Assembly (NCBI GenBank): GCA_965660445.1
Contig: CBFIAK010000002.1
Location: 8,235 to 72,234 of the forward strand
Source of the DNA: Patescibacteria group bacterium
GTDB taxonomy: Bacteria; Patescibacteriota; Gracilibacteria; UBA4473
Reading direction: 5' to 3'
DNA: 64,000 nt
The notes beneath the pieces were generated by a model that worked only from the letters and a program-made list of their open reading frames with translations, was not told the origin of the DNA and ran no database searches. Position numbers and translations under genes: made by a program. Shown one piece after another: positions 58,034 through 64,000 of this stretch. Within the stretch, counting starts at the first letter, position 1. The number at the start of each line of letters is the position of its first letter.

Positions 58034-59058
58034 AAACATTTCTGATTTCCGGTTTTGTGGCTGTTGTTTTTTTTCTCTCACTTCCTGTATTTGCTCAGTC
58101 ACAACGGAGCACTTTAGATATTTTTTCAAATAATCCTTCTACACAAGATTTATATACAAAGTATAGCCCTTTGCATGACTATACACCTGAGGTTTTGTAC
58201 GGAGAGAACAAGTTTCGAGGGATTCTTTTTGTGGTTCAAGATTTTGCGTATGGAATTTTTATTCCTATTGCTATTTTATTAACCGTTTGGGCTGGAATTC
58301 AATTGATTTTTTCTCGCGGGTCGGAAGATACGTTTACAGAAAAAAAGACACAATTTATTGGTGTTTTTTTAGGATTCGCGGTTTTACTTCTTTCAAGGGT
58401 TATTGTCGATGATGTTTTTTTTGGAATTGATTTTGATGATGGATTTTGGGGACTGAGACAGGTCGGTGACTATTTTGGGTTTACCAATGAAGAAAACCGA
58501 ATGATTGTTGATGCAGGGCAAATATTTAACGATTCTGATTCTGCTTCTTTTGCAAAAAGCGGGTTTCGACAACTCGAAGGAATATTTAATTATTTAATTA
58601 CTTTTGCTGCAGGGGTATCGGTGTTATTTGTTATTTATGCTTCCTATAGAATGATTACAGCAGATAATGACGATACACTTTCAAAAGCTCGAAACCAGAT
58701 TTTATATGTGTTGGGAGGTATGGCACTGCTTATTTCTGCACGTCGAATTATTGGACTTTTTCGTCGAGAAAGTCAGTCGAAAATTGGATTAGATGGGTTA
58801 TTTAATGATGGAGGTTTATCGCTGCCAAAAGTTTCTCCAACGACAGATCTTGTTATTCAATGGACTAATTTTGCACTGAGTTTTATTGGTATTGTGGCTG
58901 TTGTAGGACTTGTTTATGGAGGAATTCAGCTGATTACGAGTTTAGGGGAAAGTGATGAAGCGCAACAAAATGCAAAAAAGATTGTTATTGCTTCTATTGC
59001 TGGTTTAGTGCTTTCTATATCAGCATGGACAATTATTTATTATTTCATCAACATTTAG
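58030..59058 (+). CDS. Membrane protein made of three tandem VirB2/TrbC-like pilin modules (paralogue)
   Basis: ATGA overlap with the upstream gene and the same three-module layout, for example GIQLITSLGESDEAQQNAKKIVIASIAGLVLSISAWTI. Confidence 0.6.
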   Translation: MKTFLISGFVAVVFFLSLPVFAQSQRSTLDIFSNNPSTQDLYTKYSPLHDYTPEVLYGENKFRGILFVVQDFAYGIFIPIAILLTVWAGIQLIFSRGSEDTFTEKKTQFIGVFLGFAVLLLSRVIVDDVFFGIDFDDGFWGLRQVGDYFGFTNEENRMIVDAGQIFNDSDSASFAKSGFRQLEGIFNYLITFAAGVSVLFVIYASYRMITADNDDTLSKARNQILYVLGGMALLISARRIIGLFRRESQSKIGLDGLFNDGGLSLPKVSPTTDLVIQWTNFALSFIGIVAVVGLVYGGIQLITSLGESDEAQQNAKKIVIASIAGLVLSISAWTIIYYFINI

Positions 59059-59098
59059 TTTTTGCTTGATTTTTCTCTCTATTCTTTTTATTCTGCAG

Positions 59099-60154
59099 AT
59101 GTTTATGCAGAATAGTCCACATATATTTACTCAGTGTCTTGAGTCGTGGTATAAAAAGTATGCGAGAGACTTGCCTTGGAGGCACACAACCGACCCATAT
59201 CATATTTGGATATCGGAAATAATGCTTCAACAAACGCAAGTAGATCGAGTAAAAGAAACTTTTTATCCTCGTTTTTTGGAAGTTTTTCCTTCACTTTCTG
59301 GTTTAGCGAAAGCACAATGGGAGGATCTGTACCCAGTTTGGAAAGGGCTTGGGTATTATACACGTGGAAAAAATATGCTTCGAACTGCTCGTTTACTTGT
59401 TGATCAATATGAAGGAACCTTTCCTCGTGAGAAAGACCGTCTATCAGCTCTTCCAGGGATTGGAATCTATACGGCTTCTGCTATTTTAGCGTTTGCTTTT
59501 GATCAAAAAGTGCCAGCGATTGATACGAATATTCGAAAGATAATAACAGCTCTTTATCCACAAGAACCAGTTGATAAAAAGGCACAAGAATTAGTAGGTT
59601 TAAGTAGTTCTGGGCGGTTATGGAATAATGCTATGATGGATTTAGCAACGACTTTGAGACAGGGGAATGTTCCGGATGAGTTGCGTGAGTTTTTTCCGCC
59701 AACGATTGCTTCTTCTTTTGTCCCTGTAAAGAAACCGTCTCAAAAACGAAAGAAAAATGATCGGTTTACTCTTGAAATTGGTATTGCGTGTATCTATAAA
59801 GATGGAAAATATCTGATTCAAAGTCGTCCGAAAGGAAAGAGTTTTGAAGGAATGTGGGAATTTCCCGGAGGGAAACGAGAAAAAGGGGAAGATTTGCGTG
59901 GATGTGTAAAACGAGAAATACAAGAAGAGTTGGGGATTGAGTTATCGGTTCGACCTGCATTTTTTACACAAATGCATGCTTTTGATAAAATTAATCTCAA
60001 GCTTTGTTTTCATCGTTGTCAGATTCAAAAAGGAGAACCGAAACCGCTTGAGGGACAAACTTTGCAATGGGCAAGTCCAGCAGAGTTTGATTCTATTCAG
60101 TTTTTAGATACCAATCATGACGTGCTTCAGAAATTGAAGAAAATGAGAATGTAG
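59099..60154 (+). CDS. mutY: MutY-like adenine DNA glycosylase (HhH-GPD) fused to a Nudix domain
   Basis: DPYHIWISEIMLQQTQV (catalytic Glu region), LPGIGIYTASAILAFAF (HhH), PAIDTNIRK (catalytic Asp). The C-terminus carries GGKREKGEDLRGCVKREIQEELGI, a complete Nudix box. The start was trimmed to the ATG at 59099. Confidence 0.8.
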   Translation: MFMQNSPHIFTQCLESWYKKYARDLPWRHTTDPYHIWISEIMLQQTQVDRVKETFYPRFLEVFPSLSGLAKAQWEDLYPVWKGLGYYTRGKNMLRTARLLVDQYEGTFPREKDRLSALPGIGIYTASAILAFAFDQKVPAIDTNIRKIITALYPQEPVDKKAQELVGLSSSGRLWNNAMMDLATTLRQGNVPDELREFFPPTIASSFVPVKKPSQKRKKNDRFTLEIGIACIYKDGKYLIQSRPKGKSFEGMWEFPGGKREKGEDLRGCVKREIQEELGIELSVRPAFFTQMHAFDKINLKLCFHRCQIQKGEPKPLEGQTLQWASPAEFDSIQFLDTNHDVLQKLKKMRM

Positions 60155-60172
60155 GAATTTAGATTTTAAATT

Positions 60173-60371
60173 AGAATCTGGAATCTAGAATCTTGAATCT
60201 AGGGGAAGCGCAGGAATCACAAGGCTTTACAATGTCTTGTGATTTTTTTGTGATTCCTGCGCTTCCTGCGATTCTCCCTAATTCCTAATTCATACTTCAT
60301 AATTCTGAAGTCTTCGACTTCACTGTGCTTTTGCGATGGGAACAAGATTCCAGATTCCGGATTCAAGATTC
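60173..60371. repeat. Nested inverted-repeat element flanked by 4x heptamer arrays
   Basis: The left array 60173-60200 is (N-GAATCT)x4. The right array 60344-60371 is (N-AGATTC/GGATTC)x4, its inverted counterpart. Inside is a perfect 16-bp inverted repeat, gaagcgcaggaatcac (60205-60220) and gtgattcctgcgcttc (60250-60265), plus smaller hairpins. Confidence 0.8.
60215..60249 (+). terminator. Rho-independent terminator of the mutY-like gene, embedded in the repeat element
   Basis: aatcacaag-(12-nt loop)-cttgtgatt followed by T7. Confidence 0.6.
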
Positions 60372-60419
60372 GAGCGCCTCAGCGCTCCTGTGCTTCATGG
60401 TTTGTCTTTCCCACAGTAA

Positions 60420-62126
60420 TTACCCCTTAATCACTCGCAATACTTCTTCCATAGTGGTTGTTCCGTTTAATACTTTTCGGTATCCATCTTCGAACATTGT
60501 TTGCATTCCGTTTTCAATTGATTGTTGTTTTATTTTATCGGCATCGGATCCTTCCATGATAAGTTTTCGTATTGAGTTGTCCATTTTCAGGATTTCAAAT
60601 ACCCCAACTCGTCCATGGTATCCAGTTCCATGACAGAGTTTACACCCATCACCTTTAAAGAGGGTTATTTTATCTTTTTTACTTTTTCGGTCTTTTTCAA
60701 ATCGTTCGATAGCCTCAAGTGGAAGCGAGATTTTCATTTCTTCAGGTGTTGTTTCATAACTATAAATACATTTTGGACATATCTTTCGAACCAACCGTTG
60801 TGCCACAACAATAGCAATGGTTGATGAAATTAAGAACGGTTCAACACCCATATCAAGTAACCGTGGAATAGAAGTTGCCGCATCGTTTGTATGCAGAGTC
60901 GAGAGTACCAAGTGCCCCGTCATCGCGGAGTTAACGGCGATATTTGCGGTTTCAGGGTCTCGGATTTCCCCCACCATTATGATATCCGGATCTTGCCGTA
61001 CTAACGCTCGGAGTCCTGTGGCAAAGGTAAGATTTCCTTTTGGGTTGGTTTGAATTTGCGTAATTCCTTCGATATTCCGTTCTACGGGATCTTCAATGGT
61101 AGCGATATTTACGTCTCGTACGTTTAACACTTTCAAGAACGAATAAAGCGATGTCGTTTTCCCAGATCCCGTTGGTCCGGTTACGAGTATAAGCCCCCAA
61201 GGGTTTTTAATAGCTTCATAGGCTTTATCAAGATCTGCTTTGTCGAGATCCATCGATTCTATAGAGAAACTATTGGATTTATCACTTAAGTACCGCATAA
61301 CGACGTTTTCACCTCCGATTGTTGGTACCATAGATACCCGGATATCAAACTGTTCGTCTTCAAACGCATATCGAATTTTACCGTCTTGCGGTGATTGGTG
61401 TTCATCGGTTCGCAGTCGTGCCATTACTTTAATACGGGCGATAATACTCCCATGAATTTGTTTTGGCATTTCTAAGATATCGTTCATGATACCGTCAATA
61501 CGAAATCGCACAATACTGTAATCTGGTTGTGGTTCAATATGGATATCTGATGCTCCAAATTCGTATCCACGATCGAGGAGCATATCTACAATTTCAATGA
61601 TAAAGTTTCCATCACTTCCGTCGTCTTTCTTTTTGTTTTGTTCGAGTTCTTCTTGTGCTTTTTGAAAAATTTCCTCGAATTCTTTTTTAATATCAGATTT
61701 ATAGAGATAGTAATGGTCAGAGAGATCTTTTTCTGATGCATAATGCACGACTATTTTCTTTTTAAACTTTTTTTCAAGAGTATGGACAAGTGTTACGTTT
61801 TCTGGGTTTGTTGTTGCAACAAGAATCTCATTGTCGTCTTCTGCAAACGCAATAATTTGCTTGCTTCGCGCCATACTTTCCGGAATTTTCTTCATAACCG
61901 CCTGATCAATACCTTCGTTTGCTAATACAATAAACTTCCACCCATTGGCTTCCGCAATAATACGAGAAAGATGATCAAGCTTGATAAGTTCTCTTTCTAC
62001 AAGGATATCTTCAAGCATTTTTTGGTCTTTCGCAACCTTGAGAACGTCATCAATATCTTCTTGTGATACAAAATCTCCTAATACTAAGAAGTCGACGACT
62101 TGCTGATTTATTTTTGATTGTTTCAT
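60420..62126 (-). CDS. pilB: Type IV pilus assembly ATPase PilB (GspE family)
   Basis: N-terminal GSPII_E_N-like domain, VTGPTGSGKTTSLYS (Walker A), IMVGEIRD (Walker B), STLHTNDA, and a tetracysteine motif CPKC...CKLCHGTGYHGRVGVFE. Confidence 0.92.
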   Translation of the reverse strand: MKQSKINQQVVDFLVLGDFVSQEDIDDVLKVAKDQKMLEDILVERELIKLDHLSRIIAEANGWKFIVLANEGIDQAVMKKIPESMARSKQIIAFAEDDNEILVATTNPENVTLVHTLEKKFKKKIVVHYASEKDLSDHYYLYKSDIKKEFEEIFQKAQEELEQNKKKDDGSDGNFIIEIVDMLLDRGYEFGASDIHIEPQPDYSIVRFRIDGIMNDILEMPKQIHGSIIARIKVMARLRTDEHQSPQDGKIRYAFEDEQFDIRVSMVPTIGGENVVMRYLSDKSNSFSIESMDLDKADLDKAYEAIKNPWGLILVTGPTGSGKTTSLYSFLKVLNVRDVNIATIEDPVERNIEGITQIQTNPKGNLTFATGLRALVRQDPDIIMVGEIRDPETANIAVNSAMTGHLVLSTLHTNDAATSIPRLLDMGVEPFLISSTIAIVVAQRLVRKICPKCIYSYETTPEEMKISLPLEAIERFEKDRKSKKDKITLFKGDGCKLCHGTGYHGRVGVFEILKMDNSIRKLIMEGSDADKIKQQSIENGMQTMFEDGYRKVLNGTTTMEEVLRVIKG

Positions 62127-62280
62127 GTGTGTGTTTTTTGTATGAACAAAATCGCTTCATTATAACACAAACAAAAAATTTTTTCAATTGTTTCTGTTTC
62201 GAAAATCATAGTTTTCCTTTGAAAATTATTTGACCAAAAAAAAATTTTCGTTAAAGTTTTGAGGCTGTTTTTTTGTTTAC

Positions 62281-62358
62281 GGGATCGTAGCTCAGTTGGT
62301 TTAGAGCGCCGCCCTGTCACGGCGGAGGTCGCGGGTTCGAGTCCCGTCGGTCCCGCCA
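62281..62358 (+). tRNA. tRNA-Asp (anticodon GUC), CCA encoded
   Basis: GGGATCG-TA-GCTC-AGTTGGTTTA-GAGC-G-CCGCC-CTGTCAC-GGCGG-AGGTC-GCGGG-TTCGAGT-CCCGT-CGGTCCC-G-CCA. Confidence 0.92.
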
Positions 62359-62402
62359 GATATACTTTTAAAAAAAAGAATCTGGTGAAAACAGTATATA
62401 GG

Positions 62403-62434
62403 AAAAAACCATATCATGCGATGTGGTTTTTTTT
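62403..62434 (+). terminator. Rho-independent terminator after tRNA-Asp
   Basis: aaaaaaccatatc-atgc-gatgtggtttttttt, with one G.U pair in the stem. Confidence 0.6.
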
Positions 62435-62577
62435 GATACTAAAAAAAGGACGGATTTTTTGACACATTTCGCAAATTTTCATAGAGTTTTCACGTATTAA
62501 GACGAGAGAGGATCCGGACGGTGTTAGTGCCTAAGGAGCCTTTTTCATGTATAAATCGTTTTTTTTAAGTCGTTAAA

Positions 62578-63324
62578 ATCTACAAAAGTAGAAATTTAAT
62601 GGTGAAATTAAACAAATCCGAACCCAAAAAGCCAATTGATTCTATCTACAAAAGTAGAAATTTAATGGTGAAATTAAACCAAAAGAAAGAGTTACTATTA
62701 GAATCTGATCTACAAAAGTAGAAATTTAATGGTGAAATTAAACCCAACTTGTTTTTGGTGTTTGGTACGCCTATCTACAAAAGTAGAAATTTAATGGTGA
62801 AATTAAACTTGGAACAGGAGGTTGCAGACTTCGTTATCTACAAAAGTAGAAATTTAATGGTGAAATTAAACAATAATATGACAAATAATATAAATAACAT
62901 ATCTACAAAAGTAGAAATTTAATGGTGAAATTAAACCTCCAACACCCTTGCAGGACGAGACTCATCTACAAAAGTAGAAATTTAATGGTGAAATTAAACT
63001 AAAAAGTACAAAATCATTATACCTATATAATCTACAAAAGTAGAAATTTAATGGTGAAATTAAACACCGTATCCCCCTCCTTCGCTAATACTGATCTACA
63101 AAAGTAGAAATTTAATGGTGAAATTAAACTCATAAGTATAAGCATTTGATTCGCTTGTATCTACAAAAGTAGAAATTTAATGGTGAAATTAAACGGAGAA
63201 GATTTAATATGTATGTCAAACAGATCTACAAAAGTAGAAATTTAATGGTGAAATTAAACGAATATTACTATTATGATGAACAACAATTATCTACAAAAGT
63301 AGAAATTTAATGGTGAAATTAAAC
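62578..63324 (-). CRISPR. CRISPR array with 12 identical 36-bp repeats and 11 spacers (27-30 nt); repeat is type V-A (Cas12a) type
   Basis: Repeat on the + strand is atctacaaaagtagaaatttaatggtgaaattaaac. Repeat starts: 62578, 62644, 62708, 62773, 62836, 62901, 62964, 63030, 63094, 63159, 63224, 63289. The reverse complement GTTTAATTTCACCATTAAATTTCTACTTTTGTAGAT ends in the UCUAC-UUUU-GUAGA-U handle. The transcribed strand was inferred from this handle and from the cas2 orientation. Confidence 0.97.
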
Positions 63325-63500
63325 CCTTAAAATCTGATAGCAAAGCCAAAAGATACAAACAGTATCTTTTTGAGTGACCGCGACTTTTGGCTTTGTTATC
63401 ATGTCTTCGAAAAATAAAGACTTAGGTTTGCTTGTTGTGTTAATTTCCTCACAGAAACTTATACCTTTGTGTGAATTAATGGAATGGGAAAGATCAAACG
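63325..63500 (-). promoter_or_regulatory. Putative CRISPR leader (between the cas2 stop and the first repeat)
   Basis: 176-bp AT-rich non-coding stretch upstream of the array in the inferred transcription direction. It contains a 17-bp inverted repeat (63336-63352 and 63384-63400). Confidence 0.6.
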
Positions 63501-63779
63501 TTACAAAAATAGTATATCATCATCCATATTTTTTGCATAGCCGAACTTCATTATTTTATCAGTTGATTTGTTTGATAGCCTGATAATCATAACACTATCG
63601 ATTCCTGAAAAATGTTTTTTGTATCGTTTTTCTATTTCAGCAGTTATAAGGTTCAAAATTCTATCGCTATTTTTTATTTCATAGACTGAATATTGTAGGC
63701 GATATCCAAATTTTTTTAAAAAACTAGAAAACCGAGTTCTTACTTTGTCGTTAGAGATATCATAAGTTATGAGAAGCAT
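63501..63779 (-). CDS. cas2: CRISPR-associated endoribonuclease Cas2
   Basis: 92 aa. MLLITYDISNDKVRTRFSSFLKKFGYRLQYSVYE is the canonical Cas2 N-terminal beta-strand with Asp, plus the LQ.SV(Y/F)E motif. It is immediately adjacent to the array. Confidence 0.92.
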   Translation of the reverse strand: MLLITYDISNDKVRTRFSSFLKKFGYRLQYSVYEIKNSDRILNLITAEIEKRYKKHFSGIDSVMIIRLSNKSTDKIMKFGYAKNMDDDILFL

Positions 63780-63781
63780 TT

Positions 63782-64000
63782 TTATTGTGGTTTATAGCAT
63801 TGAAATTCTAGAGATTCTTTCATAGAAGCTCTGTAATATTCTTGTATATATTTAAATATTTCAGATTTTTCTTTGAGTATAGCTTTGAAGAATATACTCG
63901 TATATTTTGTTCCTTTTTCGTATTTCAAAATATATTGTCCTTTTTGTATTTCGAAATCATTTTCATCTACCTGTTTTAGATTAAATGCTTTGAGTAATTC
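63782..64000 (-). CDS. cas1: 3' end of a cas gene, probably cas1 (truncated by the window edge)
   Basis: My own translation of the minus strand from nt 64000 gives an open frame: ELLKAFNLKQVDENDFEIQKGQYILKYEKGTKYTSIFFKAILKEKSEIFKYIQEYYRASMKESLEFQCYKPQ*. The stop is at 63782-63784, 2 nt before the cas2 ATG. The pattern ..DF....G.Y.L...G.K.F...F resembles Cas1 C-termini, and its position upstream of cas2 fits cas1. Confidence 0.5.
   Translation of the reverse strand, partial: ELLKAFNLKQVDENDFEIQKGQYILKYEKGTKYTSIFFKAILKEKSEIFKYIQEYYRASMKESLEFQCYKPQ

Noticed and set aside
60325-60633. 102-aa plus-strand ORF.
   Set aside because: It starts inside the repeat element and continues antisense to pilB. 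Low-complexity translation of the repeats explains it.
62259-62462. 67-aa plus-strand ORF.
   Set aside because: Its core is simply the tRNA-Asp sequence read as protein (SSVGLERRPVTAEVAGSSPVG is the typical translation of a tRNA).
62680-62707. Spacer 2 shares an 11-nt string (attagaatctg) with the left heptamer array at about 60170-60180, which could hint at self-targeting.
   Set aside because: 11-nt matches are expected by chance for 11 AT-rich spacers against 64 kb on both strands. The match does not extend, and there is no T-rich PAM context.
63374-63583. 69-aa plus-strand ORF spanning the CRISPR leader and the 3' end of cas2.
   Set aside because: It is antisense to a well-supported cas2 and sits within the leader. 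Nothing supports coding.
1-64000. Possible alternative genetic code (UGA read as Gly, as in Gracilibacteria and Absconditabacteria), given the CPR-like content.
   Set aside because: Long intact ORFs are obtained with the standard code. TGA also terminates well-defined genes at ATGA start/stop overlaps (31623-31626, 58030-58033) and at the end of ftsE (37858-37860).

Overview
The window is AT-rich and densely coding, and it uses the standard bacterial genetic code. TGA clearly acts as a stop at 31624-31626, 37858-37860 and 58031-58033. The gene content suggests a small-genome bacterium with a Gram-positive-type envelope, most plausibly from the Candidate Phyla Radiation (Patescibacteria), possibly Peregrinibacteria-like. 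That taxonomic placement is inference only.

Housekeeping genes:
- Glycolysis: eno, pyk, pgi.
- Translation and tRNA: serS, metG, lepA, cca, trmB, trhO.
- Replication and repair: ruvB, dnaB, a mutY-like gene.

These are interleaved with many envelope and surface genes:
- Wall-associated: an LPXTG protein, a sortase, a FemAB-type enzyme, an LCP protein, an SLH protein, two tandem galU paralogues, mltG and a 3D-domain hydrolase.
- Type IV pilus: pilD, three pseudopilins and pilB.
- T4SS-like: a VirB4-like ATPase and two membrane proteins built from tandem VirB2-like pilin modules.

RNA genes are tRNA-Thr, tRNA-Lys, tRNA-Ala and tRNA-Asp, all with encoded CCA, plus an unusually long RNase P RNA.

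The 3' end of the window holds a CRISPR array of 12 identical 36-bp repeats. The reverse-complemented repeat carries the Cas12a (type V-A) crRNA handle. The array is flanked by cas2 and by a partial ORF, probably cas1, that runs off the window edge. The effector gene is not in the window.

Other points worth follow-up:
- a fibre-like surface-protein gene interrupted by a single in-frame TAA, next to an intact paralogue;
- a roughly 217-nt structured insertion in RNase P RNA;
- a GANTC-dense nested inverted-repeat element between mutY and pilB;
- a MutY-like glycosylase with no Fe-S cysteines but an intact Nudix box.

All functional calls rest on motif recognition by eye in the supplied translations. 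No database search was run.
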